Source: an uncultured Chryseobacterium sp.
GTDB taxonomy: Bacteria > Bacteroidota > Bacteroidia > Flavobacteriales_D > Sanyastnellaceae
NCBI GenBank assembly: GCA_964567615.1
Contig: CAZMNI010000001.1
Location: forward strand, 1-54,140
Length of the DNA: 54,140 nt
Reading direction: 5' to 3'
The notes beneath the pieces are model-generated. The model saw nothing but the letters and a program-made list of their open reading frames with translations, did no database searches and was not told the origin of the DNA. Each line of letters opens with the position of its first letter. Position 1 is the first letter of the stretch. This document shows positions 35,465 to 44,237 of the stretch, piece after piece. Position numbers and translations under genes: made by a program.

Positions 35465-37281
35465 TACTTCTTCCGTTTCTTTTTCGACTTCCCATCTGCC
35501 GGAGGAGCGGGCCACATGTTGTTCTCGCGGGCGACGTCCGCCCACCACCGCGCAGGGTCAATCTCCACTTTACCGGGCAGGGAAGTGGCAGGCCATGTCA
35601 AGGTGTACATGAGGTGGGGCCAACTCCACGCAGGTGCTGCCTGTTCATCTTGTGATAACGGTCGACACCCGTACTGCAAGTCAATGGGGATGTGGAATTT
35701 GGAAGCCGTCCCATCCGTCCATGTCAACGCGAGATCCACCGGGACAGGAATCTCCCCGATCCTGCGCATGACCACGACCACAGAATCGCCTTCGAGCCGC
35801 ACTTGATCTATTGAAATGTCCACTTTTTCAGTTGTTTCCACGAAGTACTTGAAGTACCAGTCGAGCTCCATTCCGGAAATGCGCTCGCAGGTGCGGGCAA
35901 AGTCAGCAGGTCCTGGGTGCTTGAAGCCCTGTGTGGCATAAAAGGACTGCAATGCTGCATCGCGCACTTCGGGGCCCAGCACACCGCCCAACTGGGCGAG
36001 GAGTACTTCTCCCTTTGAATACGATGCGACCCCGTAGGCGGTGTTTGTTTTGTACCGATCTGCATGGGTTGTCAGGGCTTCCTCTTTGCCGGAGCGAGCA
36101 AGTGCGATGTAGCTGGAGTACGCCTCCGCATGAAGCTTCGACGTAGGGTCCGGAAACAAGCGGTTGAAGCACACTTCGGTTGCGTAGCTTGTGAACCCTT
36201 CGTCCATCCAAGGGTGCAGCGACTCGTTGAATGCGAGTACTGCCTGAAACCACGAGTGTGCAAGTTCATGCACCGTCACGCCGACCAGGCTCTTCAGGTT
36301 CCGATGGCCCGTAACCAAGGTGGCCATGGGGTACTCCATTCCACCATCTCCACCTTGAATGACCGCATACCGAGGATAGGGATACGGGCCGACCAGCCCT
36401 TCGAGGCAATCGAACGCTTTCGCTGTATATGCCGGCAGCGCTTCCCAAGCTGCGACGTAGGCCGAATCTGCCTCATGGACGAACTCAAGCGTTGTTCCGC
36501 GGGCGGTGGAAGAGGAAATGCGCGTGAAATCAGGATCCGCCGCCCACACGTGGTCGATTACCCGTTCTGCCCGCAGACGCCACACTCCGGTGGATAAGCT
36601 GTTTTGCGCCACATTCTCGCCGGTTCCTGCGACCACGTAACCCGGCGCGAGTCGTATCGTGACATCGTATGTGCCGAAATCCCCGTGGAACTCGCGGCCG
36701 ATGTAAGGATTTGGATGCCAGCCGTCTTGATCGTACGCGCAAATCCGGGGATACCACTGGGCCATGGAGAATTCCACGCCCTCGCGGTTCATCCACCCGC
36801 TCCTGCGGATTTGGCGGGGAACCTGCCCGGTCCAGTCCATGTGGATGGATGCTGTTTCTCCAGGCTGCACCGCGCGGGCCAAATCCACCACAAGGACGGT
36901 CCCCTGGTGCGCGAGCGACCGCGCGGGGACACCGTTGACGGCCAGCGCACTCACCCGCATTTCGCCCTGCTCTTCAGGAGGCAATGCAGCAATCCGCGCC
37001 CCCACCCGTGGGTCGGGGTCCGGGAGCATTTGGGACCGCACATCCATGCCGCTACCTGGCTGGAATGCATTGAAAAACAAGTGCACATACAGCCGCTTCA
37101 ACGTGTCTGGACTGGCATTGGTGTACCGGATTTCAGACGCGCCCACGAATTCACGCGAAAGGACGTCGAGCTCGATTTCCATGGTATAGTCCGCCTGCTG
37201 CTGCCAACCGGGATACTGGGCCCAAGTCCGGGGTGCCAGCATGCACATGCAGGTGCACAGGCCGAAAAAAACGTGCTTCAT
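35464..37281 (-). CDS. M1-family zinc metallopeptidase, secreted
   Basis: It has a signal peptide (MKHVFFGLCTCMCMLAPRTWAQ) and the motif HELAHSWFQ...WMDEGFTSY (HEXXH-18-E). The C-terminal tail is Lys-rich (KSKKKRKK). Confidence 0.8.
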   Translation of the reverse strand: MKHVFFGLCTCMCMLAPRTWAQYPGWQQQADYTMEIELDVLSREFVGASEIRYTNASPDTLKRLYVHLFFNAFQPGSGMDVRSQMLPDPDPRVGARIAALPPEEQGEMRVSALAVNGVPARSLAHQGTVLVVDLARAVQPGETASIHMDWTGQVPRQIRRSGWMNREGVEFSMAQWYPRICAYDQDGWHPNPYIGREFHGDFGTYDVTIRLAPGYVVAGTGENVAQNSLSTGVWRLRAERVIDHVWAADPDFTRISSSTARGTTLEFVHEADSAYVAAWEALPAYTAKAFDCLEGLVGPYPYPRYAVIQGGDGGMEYPMATLVTGHRNLKSLVGVTVHELAHSWFQAVLAFNESLHPWMDEGFTSYATEVCFNRLFPDPTSKLHAEAYSSYIALARSGKEEALTTHADRYKTNTAYGVASYSKGEVLLAQLGGVLGPEVRDAALQSFYATQGFKHPGPADFARTCERISGMELDWYFKYFVETTEKVDISIDQVRLEGDSVVVVMRRIGEIPVPVDLALTWTDGTASKFHIPIDLQYGCRPLSQDEQAAPAWSWPHLMYTLTWPATSLPGKVEIDPARWWADVARENNMWPAPPADGKSKKKRKK

Positions 37282-37285
37282 TCCG

Positions 37286-37293
37286 CGAAAGTA
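37286..37293 (-). promoter_or_regulatory. putative -7 box TACTTTCG, 4 nt upstream of the M1 peptidase ATG at 37281
   Basis: The minus strand reads TACTTTCG-CGGA-ATG, located in the 16-nt spacer after the glycosyltransferase stop. Confidence 0.45.
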
Positions 37294-37297
37294 CGGC

Positions 37298-38797
37298 TCA
37301 GCGTACCGCGCATTCCACCGCCGGGTCGATGCGGTAAATGGCCACGCGCTCTACGGAATTGATCGGATTCAAAGCGTGGATGAAACGGTCCCACCGACCA
37401 GGAGGGACCTCCTCGACGAACTTCAAGCTCGGATACAGGATCCGGTACCGCTCAACTGCTGCAGGAATGCCTGCGTCACCATAGAACAACAGGGCATCTG
37501 GAGGACGGTGTGATGCACAATACGTGCGTTTGTCGTCTTCGGGCGGTGTGCTGCCGTCGGCTGTCCAATACCGGGTCCATTTGCCCCAGTAGAATTGGGG
37601 TGGCATGGCACCGCTGTCTACTTGGACCGCCAGGAAGTTGTGGACGTCACCGTATGCGTGCAGCCGTTCCATCGCCTCTAGCCGCGACCGTTTGAACGTG
37701 GCCGGAGTCAACACGACGAGCGCAACCCCGTTGATGCACCAGCCGATGCAATACAGAATTCGCTGCCAACGCACGCGCTGAAAACCCTGAACACCGGCCA
37801 TGCCGGCGCAAAGCAAAAGCGGAACGATGGGCAGAATGAAGCGCTCTTGCTTGTTCGGGAAAATGCTATGAAACACCAAAAAAAAGAGTACCGGCCACAC
37901 CACAACCGCCCAGCTCCGGGCATTCCGAAACGCACCCCACAGGACGAGCACGGAGAAGGGGGGGAGCAACAGTCCCGCAAGGGTGAGGATGTACTGGTAT
38001 ACTGGACCTTGCGGATAGTTCGCCGCATGTGCTGTGTTGTATCCGAAGTACGCGCGGAGTTGTGCAAACGGCTCGCCCCACACCCAAAGGTCTGACACTT
38101 GGGTCAGGGAAAACACAGCGAAAGCCGCGGCAGCGACGGCCAGAATTCCCGGAAATGCGGCCCGTCGGTGAACAAAAACCACGGCCGCCGCAAACCCGAC
38201 TGCCGCCACCCCCACTTGGAACCGCAGACCGGTGGCCAGGCCCCAAGCGCATCCTATGGCCACCCACGTGAGCCGGGTATGCTCAGCGAGGGGCACGCGG
38301 ACCCACCACCACACCGCGGCCAGCAGAGGAGGAATGCAGACCATTTCCACGAGTTGATGCACCGAAACAATCGGCATCCAGGCAAGAGCAGCCAGCAACC
38401 AACCCGTTTGTTCCGCGGCACGCGCCCCGCCGAGGTGTGCAGCTATCCGAAATCCCAAACCCACTGTGAGCAGCGAGGCCAGGCCATGCAGCAGACGGAC
38501 CACGAGCATTTGGCCCCCTGGAACATCCAGCCCCACCGCATGGAACAACACGAACAAGCCGGCATGGATACCGGGATAAACAAAGTTCCCCGGATGCGGA
38601 GTGGGCAATTCAATCCCCCGCTCCCGTTGACTTTCAGGCAACCACGCATTGTAGTCTTCACCTGCTGCCCACGATGCGCCCACCTCAACGACCAAAAAGT
38701 GGTCATCGTGCATCAGGTAACCTTCGGAAAAAACGGCTGAGATGCACCTCAGCAGTGCGGCCGCGATCAGGCACCGGGCGAGAGGCGATCTCGCCAT
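37298..38797 (-). CDS. GT-C fold membrane glycosyltransferase, GT22 (Alg9/PIG-B-like mannosyltransferase) family
   Basis: ORF 37298..38908. The ATG at 38797 lies 5 nt after the ribH stop. It is polytopic, with an N-terminal HDDHF (HPDE-like) loop and NKQERFILPIVP (HKEERF-like). Confidence 0.65.
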   Translation of the reverse strand: MARSPLARCLIAAALLRCISAVFSEGYLMHDDHFLVVEVGASWAAGEDYNAWLPESQRERGIELPTPHPGNFVYPGIHAGLFVLFHAVGLDVPGGQMLVVRLLHGLASLLTVGLGFRIAAHLGGARAAEQTGWLLAALAWMPIVSVHQLVEMVCIPPLLAAVWWWVRVPLAEHTRLTWVAIGCAWGLATGLRFQVGVAAVGFAAAVVFVHRRAAFPGILAVAAAAFAVFSLTQVSDLWVWGEPFAQLRAYFGYNTAHAANYPQGPVYQYILTLAGLLLPPFSVLVLWGAFRNARSWAVVVWPVLFFLVFHSIFPNKQERFILPIVPLLLCAGMAGVQGFQRVRWQRILYCIGWCINGVALVVLTPATFKRSRLEAMERLHAYGDVHNFLAVQVDSGAMPPQFYWGKWTRYWTADGSTPPEDDKRTYCASHRPPDALLFYGDAGIPAAVERYRILYPSLKFVEEVPPGRWDRFIHALNPINSVERVAIYRIDPAVECAVR

Positions 38798-38802
38798 GCC
38801 GT

Positions 38803-39288
38803 TCACGCGAGATTGTGTTTTAACGCCAACATGGCCAAACATGCTGCCGCACAATCTTCGCCCTTGTTTCCGTGTGCTCCCCCTGAACGGGCCTTGGCTT
38901 GGTCCCACGTATCGTCCGTCAACACCCCGAAGAGTACGGGTTTGCGGCTATCCAGTCCGACCCGCATGGTGCCCTCAGCCGCCGCTTGACACACAAAATC
39001 AAAGTGCGGGGTCTCCCCACGGATCACGCTGCCAAGCGCAATTGCGGCGTCGCATCTGCCCTCATTCACGAGCCATGCGCAGGCCAGAGGCAATTCAAAC
39101 GCCCCCGGGACCTGGATGCACACCACCTGTGCATTGGGCACGCCGGCATCGTGAAGCACGCGGACGGCTCCGTCCCGGAGCGCATGGGTGATTTCTGAAT
39201 TCCACTCGGCCGTGGCCACACCGATGCGGACGCTGCCCGCGAACTTATATCCGTTGCTGGGGCCGTCAGGACGACCAGCCGTAGCCAT
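38803..39288 (-). CDS. ribH: 6,7-dimethyl-8-ribityllumazine synthase
   Basis: 161 aa. Blocks seen are VRIGVATAEWNSEIT, VPGAFELP and GSVIRGETPHFDFV. Confidence 0.9.
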   Translation of the reverse strand: MATAGRPDGPSNGYKFAGSVRIGVATAEWNSEITHALRDGAVRVLHDAGVPNAQVVCIQVPGAFELPLACAWLVNEGRCDAAIALGSVIRGETPHFDFVCQAAAEGTMRVGLDSRKPVLFGVLTDDTWDQAKARSGGAHGNKGEDCAAACLAMLALKHNLA

Positions 39289-39290
39289 GG

Positions 39291-39983
39291 TTACTGGGCG
39301 GACAACGAAGCAGCGTACCCCTTCGCCAAGCTCGCTTGCTGGCTTGACGCGTAATCTTCCACGATGCGGGTAAAATCAGCCCGTGCACCTTCGTTGTCAC
39401 CGGACTCCAGCTTCACGAGTGCCGACTTCATCAGGAACATCGGTGCGAGCACATCTGCGGCGAGTCCATCTTCACTGCGGCTCACGGCTTCGTCGAACGA
39501 TGCAATTGCCTCTTCGAGTTGCTGGAGTTCCACCTGGCAATCCCCGATGCCAGCAACGGCTAACGGACCGACCACGTCGTCATCGAAATCGACTTCACTG
39601 AACGCGGCGATGGCCTCGTCCCACGCACCTTTCGTCCGGTGGTAAACCCCCATCCGGTAGGCCGCACGTTGGCCTGCTTTCGTGCCCGCATGTTCCGTCA
39701 TCACCGTTTCGAGGCCGTCGGAAAATCCATCTCCGTAGGCAGCTAAATCGAGCGAGTCCATTTCAAAGTAGGCCTCTGCCCTCCAGATTGCGGCTTCAGC
39801 GGCTTCTTCCGCAGGACGTACAACAAACCCTTGGTATGCAAGAACAGCCAAGAAAATCCCTGCAACCGAGCCGATGCCGATCAGCAAGGGCTTGCGGTTT
39901 TTGTCCATGAATGCTTCCGTCCGCGAGTACGCTTCCTGGACATCGATGAGCTGGAAGTCGTTGTCGTTCGTATCCTTTGCCAT
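39291..39983 (-). CDS. single-pass membrane protein with a TPR-like periplasmic domain (YfgM-like)
   Basis: ORF 39291..40085, with the ATG at 39983 (MAKDTNDNDFQ). It has one TM (LLIGIGSVAGIFLAVLAY) followed by helical repeat-rich sequence. Confidence 0.55.
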   Translation of the reverse strand: MAKDTNDNDFQLIDVQEAYSRTEAFMDKNRKPLLIGIGSVAGIFLAVLAYQGFVVRPAEEAAEAAIWRAEAYFEMDSLDLAAYGDGFSDGLETVMTEHAGTKAGQRAAYRMGVYHRTKGAWDEAIAAFSEVDFDDDVVGPLAVAGIGDCQVELQQLEEAIASFDEAVSRSEDGLAADVLAPMFLMKSALVKLESGDNEGARADFTRIVEDYASSQQASLAKGYAASLSAQ

Positions 39984-40046
39984 GGGGCTCGTGTAAGTAT
40001 GGGCCTCAACGAAAAGTCCTGTGCGAAGGTTCCGTGAAGGCGACGG

Positions 40047-40054
40047 CAAAATTA
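40047..40054 (-). promoter_or_regulatory. putative -7 box TAATTTTG facing the TPR/ribH operon (63 nt upstream of the ATG at 39983)
   Basis: The plus strand reads CAAAATTA, a perfect TAnnTTTG match. Confidence 0.35.
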
Positions 40055-40056
40055 GG

Positions 40057-40064
40057 GAAATTCG
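40057..40064 (+). promoter_or_regulatory. putative degenerate -7 box GAAATTCG, 4 nt upstream of the recF ATG
   Basis: GAAATTCG-CGAC-ATG. It has one mismatch (first base) and the same 4-nt spacing as the other cases. Confidence 0.3.
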
Positions 40065-40068
40065 CGAC

Positions 40069-41175
40069 ATGCAATTGACCCGCATTCAACTCCTTGATTT
40101 CCGCAACCACGCGGACACGGAAATTGTTTGGTCAGAAGGCGTTAACTGCATCGTAGGTGACAACGGAAGCGGGAAGACAAATGTGCTGGATGCGATCCAC
40201 TACCTCTGTCACACAAAAAGTTACTTCCATGCGACCGATGCGGAGAACATCGCACACGATGCGCCGCACTTGCTGGTGAGCGGACGCTTCATTCGGCATG
40301 GAGAGGAGGAATCTGTCAGCTGCGCAGTTGAACGTGGTATCCGGAAGGTGATGCGGCGCAACGACAAGGTGTACGACCGGATTCGCGACCACATCGGGAG
40401 GTTTCCGGCGGTCATGGTGGCCCCGGATGACACGGAAATTGTCCACGGTGGGAGCGAAATTCGCCGGAAGTGGATGGACTCGGTCATTTCGCAACTCGAC
40501 CGGGAATACCTCGAGCACCTGGTGGACTACGGGAGGGCCTTGACCCAACGCAACAACCTCCTGCGGTACTTCGCGGAAAATCGGGTTTGGGACCCGAGCA
40601 TGCTGGAACCTTGGGACCACCGCATGGCCGGTCGGTGTGCGGCAATTCACAGCAGGCGGGCAGCGTTCATGGACGATTTCCGGTCCGAGTTTGAAGCCAT
40701 GCATGCCGAGTTGTCGGGCGGCAAGGACCGGGGAGCACTCCACTATGCGACAGAGGTGGTCGGCGATGCCGCAGCATGCTTGGCCGCTTGGGAGGCAAGG
40801 AGGGAAGATGACCGCCGGGCCAAACGCACGACGTGGGGAATTCACCGCGACGATGTGGCTTTGCTTTTGGACGACCGGGATTTGAAGCGCTTCGGCTCCC
40901 AGGGCCAACACAAAACCTTCCTCATCGCCATCCGCCTCGGGCAATGGCATTTTCTCGCGCGCCACAGCGGCGTGCAACCGCTGCTCTTGCTCGATGACGT
41001 GTTCGACAAAATGGATGTCAAGCGGATGTCCGCACTGCTGCGACGCATTTCCGATGGCACCTTCGGCCAAGTATTCATCACAGACACCCATGCAGGCCGC
41101 GTTCCCGAGCTGCTTACCTCGGCCGGAGCTGCGGTGCATGTGGTAACGGTCGAACGGGGTGCTGTTCAGCCCTAA
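40069..41175 (+). CDS. recF: DNA replication and repair protein RecF
   Basis: ORF 40021..41175. The ATG at 40069 gives MQLTRIQLLDFRNH...IVGDNGSGKTNVLDAI (Walker A). The signature-like SQGQHKT and Walker B LLLLDDV are also present. Confidence 0.9.
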   Translation: MQLTRIQLLDFRNHADTEIVWSEGVNCIVGDNGSGKTNVLDAIHYLCHTKSYFHATDAENIAHDAPHLLVSGRFIRHGEEESVSCAVERGIRKVMRRNDKVYDRIRDHIGRFPAVMVAPDDTEIVHGGSEIRRKWMDSVISQLDREYLEHLVDYGRALTQRNNLLRYFAENRVWDPSMLEPWDHRMAGRCAAIHSRRAAFMDDFRSEFEAMHAELSGGKDRGALHYATEVVGDAAACLAAWEARREDDRRAKRTTWGIHRDDVALLLDDRDLKRFGSQGQHKTFLIAIRLGQWHFLARHSGVQPLLLLDDVFDKMDVKRMSALLRRISDGTFGQVFITDTHAGRVPELLTSAGAAVHVVTVERGAVQP

Positions 41176-41180
41176 TTTCG
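41173..41180 (+). promoter_or_regulatory. putative -7 box TAATTTCG overlapping the recF stop, 4 nt upstream of the GTG at 41185
   Basis: TAATTTCG-AACC-GTG. Confidence 0.35.
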
Positions 41181-41184
41181 AACC

Positions 41185-41484
41185 GTGCGCACGAATGGAA
41201 ACGACCCCCAGCCGCTCAGGGCAGTGATTGAGCGGTTTGTGCAACTGCACCGGATGCAGCACCGGTTGGATGAGGTGGAGCTGCTGCAGTCCTGGGAGCG
41301 GTGTTTTGGCGCGTACATCGCGCGGGCCACGCGCTCCATTCACTTGGCCACTGACGGAACCCTCACGGTGCGCATCGACAGCGGTCCACTGAAAGAGGAG
41401 TGCGCGATGGCCAAATCCGAGATGATCAAACGCCTCAATGCAGACGTCGGCCGCCGGGTGGTCAAGGCGTTGAACATCATGTGA
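41185..41484 (+). CDS. DUF721-family small protein (the usual recF neighbour)
   Basis: 99 aa. The first codon is GTG and there is no nearby in-frame ATG. Its position directly after recF and its size fit DUF721. Confidence 0.65.
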   Translation: MRTNGNDPQPLRAVIERFVQLHRMQHRLDEVELLQSWERCFGAYIARATRSIHLATDGTLTVRIDSGPLKEECAMAKSEMIKRLNADVGRRVVKALNIM

Positions 41485-41494
41485 CCTTGCGCTG

Positions 41495-41502
41495 TATCTT
41501 CG
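41495..41502 (+). promoter_or_regulatory. putative -7 box TATCTTCG, 31 nt upstream of the multiheme cytochrome gene
   Basis: It matches TAnnTTCG and sits in the 49-nt spacer. Confidence 0.35.
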
Positions 41503-41533
41503 GGGTGACCTGGACGAACTGCTGAAACCTACG

Positions 41534-43585
41534 ATGCGCAAGGTGAACCTCTTTTCGCTTGCCGCCCTTGCTGCGGTGGCATTGTCAGCTGTGGGCTTCG
41601 TCACGGGTCCAGAAGACCGCGATGCGTCCGAGGCCCACTACCACAGTGCTGTGTTCCGCAGCGCATACGGTGGACTCCCGGATACGACGAACAGCCTCTT
41701 CACCGGATCGGGCAAGTGTGCAGGGTGCCACGGTGTCGATCCGAACCACTTCGCTAACATCGCAGGACAGCAGTTTCCAGCGGTGCCCATGCCGGGTGGA
41801 TGGCAGGTGAATCCTACCGACGATTGGCGGAGTACGCTGATGGCAAATTCTGCCAAGGATCCTTTCTGGCGCGCCAAAGTGAGCCACGAGGTGGCCATGA
41901 ATCCCGCCCATCAACTTGAACTCGAAGACAAGTGCACGTCCTGCCATGCACCCATGGGCCACTTCGCAGCACATTTTGACGGCGAAGCGCATTACACGAT
42001 GGCGGCGCTCATCCACGACAGCCTGGCCCTTGACGGCGTCTCATGCAACGCCTGCCACCAGCAATCCCCGGTCGGCATAGGGACTGCGTTCAGTGGTGAG
42101 TTGACGTATGATTTGGGCGTGCTGTACGGCCCGTACGGCGGTACGAAGGAAGAACCCCCGCTGTATGATTTGCCCATGATCACGTACGTCGGGTTCATTC
42201 CGCAATTTGGGGCGCACATCGCACAGAGTGAATCCTGTGCAGGGTGTCATTCCTTGGTGACGTCAACCGTCGACCTCGCAGGAAACCCCACGGGTGCCCA
42301 GTACATCGAACAAGCGACCTACCACGAGTGGTTGAACAGCCGGTATGCTCCGGATACCTGGAACGGGGCCCCCAACGCCTTGCGCCAAGAATGCCAAGGT
42401 TGCCACATGCCGCGCATTTCGGACCCGGTGGTCATCAGCAGCGGATACAGCTTCCTCGAACCGCGATCGCCTTTCGGGTTGCACTATCTGGTGGGCGGCA
42501 ACAGCGCTATGCTCAGGTTGATGCGCAACCGAATCGACGTGTTAGGCCTCACCGCAAGCGAGGCTCAATTCGACTCTACCATCGCACGGACAGAGCGGAT
42601 GCTGCGAGAAGAGACGGTTGACTTGGCCGTCGATGCGAGTTGGGGCATGGGAGGTCCCGCAGAAATCGGAGTGAAGTTGACAAACAAGGCGGGACATAAA
42701 TTTCCTTCAGGTTATCCAGCCCGTCGCGCATGGATCGAGGTCGAAGTGCGCAACCCCGTGACGAATGAAGTCGTCTTCCACAGCGGCAAAATCGCTTCAA
42801 ACGGCCATTCCATCGAAGGTGCAGATGCGGGAGGATTGACCACTTGGGAAGACCACCACGACGTCATCGAGGATGCGACCGATGTGCAGATCTACGAATT
42901 GGTCATCGCAGATGTAACCGGGACTCCCACAAACGTCTTAGAACGCGCCGCCGAAACCTTGAAAGACAACCGGCTTGTTCCCCTCGGATTCCAGGTCGAT
43001 CACAGCGCGTACGACACCACCCAAATCGTGGGTGCCGCCTACACGGATTCCGATTTCAATCGCTTTCCGGATGGAGCCGAAGGGTCGGGCACCGATGCAA
43101 CGCTTTACAGGGTTTGGGAAGCCGCCGGGTTGGACATCTCAAGCTTGGACGTGTCCGTGCGCATTTGGTACCAAAGCATGCCCCCCCGGTGGGTCGCGCC
43201 GATGTTCGCTACGGCCACCCCAGAAATCGCTGCATTTGAGCCCATGTTCTGGGAAGACGGCGCCTTCCCCGTACTCATCGCCGAAGAGGAATTCACCCTG
43301 GTTTCTACCGGCACGTCGCGACTTACAGCCCGTGCCACGGCCCAGGTGTTTCCGAACCCTTCTGCAGATGGAAGGGTAGAAGTGCGCATCGAAGGACCGG
43401 GGAGTGCTGCGTACGCAATCTGGGAAGTGTACGACGCCTCCGGGACGCGCGTGCGCGCCGGTGCAGTTCCTCCGCAGGGACGTTGGACGGTATTGCTGCC
43501 CGGCTCACCGGGAGTCTATGTATTGAAGGTGCTTCCCCACTCGGCACAAGGGGTGCCTCTGGTTCGGCGCTTGCTGAGGACGTAA
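41534..43585 (+). CDS. five-heme c-type cytochrome with a large non-heme domain and a T9SS type-A C-terminal sorting domain
   Basis: It has a signal peptide (MRKVNLFSLAALAAVALSAVG) and five CXXCH motifs: CAGCH (aa 62-66), CTSCH (134-138), CNACH (171-175), CAGCH (235-239) and CQGCH (287-291). The C-terminus reads VFPNPSADGRVEV...WEVYDASGTRV...GVYVLKV. Confidence 0.8.
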   Translation: MRKVNLFSLAALAAVALSAVGFVTGPEDRDASEAHYHSAVFRSAYGGLPDTTNSLFTGSGKCAGCHGVDPNHFANIAGQQFPAVPMPGGWQVNPTDDWRSTLMANSAKDPFWRAKVSHEVAMNPAHQLELEDKCTSCHAPMGHFAAHFDGEAHYTMAALIHDSLALDGVSCNACHQQSPVGIGTAFSGELTYDLGVLYGPYGGTKEEPPLYDLPMITYVGFIPQFGAHIAQSESCAGCHSLVTSTVDLAGNPTGAQYIEQATYHEWLNSRYAPDTWNGAPNALRQECQGCHMPRISDPVVISSGYSFLEPRSPFGLHYLVGGNSAMLRLMRNRIDVLGLTASEAQFDSTIARTERMLREETVDLAVDASWGMGGPAEIGVKLTNKAGHKFPSGYPARRAWIEVEVRNPVTNEVVFHSGKIASNGHSIEGADAGGLTTWEDHHDVIEDATDVQIYELVIADVTGTPTNVLERAAETLKDNRLVPLGFQVDHSAYDTTQIVGAAYTDSDFNRFPDGAEGSGTDATLYRVWEAAGLDISSLDVSVRIWYQSMPPRWVAPMFATATPEIAAFEPMFWEDGAFPVLIAEEEFTLVSTGTSRLTARATAQVFPNPSADGRVEVRIEGPGSAAYAIWEVYDASGTRVRAGAVPPQGRWTVLLPGSPGVYVLKVLPHSAQGVPLVRRLLRT

Positions 43586-43617
43586 CGTTTCAGCGCGAAG
43601 GCGTCCTCGGTGGACGG

Positions 43618-44172
43618 TCAGGCGTCCCTGTCTTCTGGCCGATCGGGTTCGAGATACACTTCCAGCAAACCTTCGGGAGCATCAACCCGAAGAATCCGCG
43701 CAGTTCGGTCCACCTCAATGGCCATGCCGGGGGGGAGGGGGACCCAAACCTCCACTCCGTTGCGGTCGCATGCGAGCATCGGATAGGGCCCGTGGTCCAT
43801 GGCCCTGTCTACCCGTCCATACCACGTGCTTTTGCTCAGGTCCCAAACCTCCAGTCCTGGAGCTTCGTGCAGGTAAAGCGACTTTGAATCCAGTTGCGGC
43901 AACTGGTTCAAGGGGAGCCAAACCTTTGCACCGGCGAGTTGCAAGGCTGCGGCCTCGTCGTCGACCCCCTCAAGGTGCACCACATACCGATCTCCGTGCG
44001 GCCGTTGGGTCAGCAGAAAATGGGGGAGGAGCCCGGAAGGCGTTTCCACATACAGGACTTCAAGTCGTGCATACCGTCCTGGGTCGTCTGCATCTACGAA
44101 CAGCACCAAATCCCCCTTGTACCCGTGTGGCCGAGTCAATACGCCGAGCAAAAAGCAATCGGAAGCGTTCAT
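43618..44172 (-). CDS. rimM: 16S rRNA processing protein RimM
   Basis: The N-terminus GVLTRPHGYKGDLV, the PRC-barrel-sized C-terminus and the position downstream of rpsP all fit RimM. Confidence 0.85.
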   Translation of the reverse strand: MNASDCFLLGVLTRPHGYKGDLVLFVDADDPGRYARLEVLYVETPSGLLPHFLLTQRPHGDRYVVHLEGVDDEAAALQLAGAKVWLPLNQLPQLDSKSLYLHEAPGLEVWDLSKSTWYGRVDRAMDHGPYPMLACDRNGVEVWVPLPPGMAIEVDRTARILRVDAPEGLLEVYLEPDRPEDRDA

Positions 44173-44190
44173 GGTGCTACGAAGTACGCC

Positions 44191-44217
44191 ACAAAAAAGG
44201 CCGCTCGAGGCGGCCTT
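44191..44217 (-). terminator. intrinsic terminator / attenuator hairpin between rpsP and rimM
   Basis: The minus strand reads AAGGCCGC-CTCGA-GCGGCCTT followed by TTTTGTGG. This is a perfect 8-bp stem, a 5-nt loop and a U-rich tail. Confidence 0.65.
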
Positions 44218-44237
44218 CTTGTGATCAAGTTCAGTGT

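Noticed and set aside
33968-37362. Plus-strand ORFs of 195-330 aa (33968..34960, 35025..35612, 35066..35806, 36604..37362) opposite the M1 peptidase genes.
   Set aside because: All run antisense to HEXXH-containing peptidase frames. Their translations are dominated by Arg/Pro/Gly/His and carry no motifs.
40132-41604. 490-aa minus-strand ORF covering recF and DUF721.
   Set aside because: It runs antisense to two well-supported genes, has low-complexity Arg/Pro/Val-rich composition, and has no start context or promoter box.
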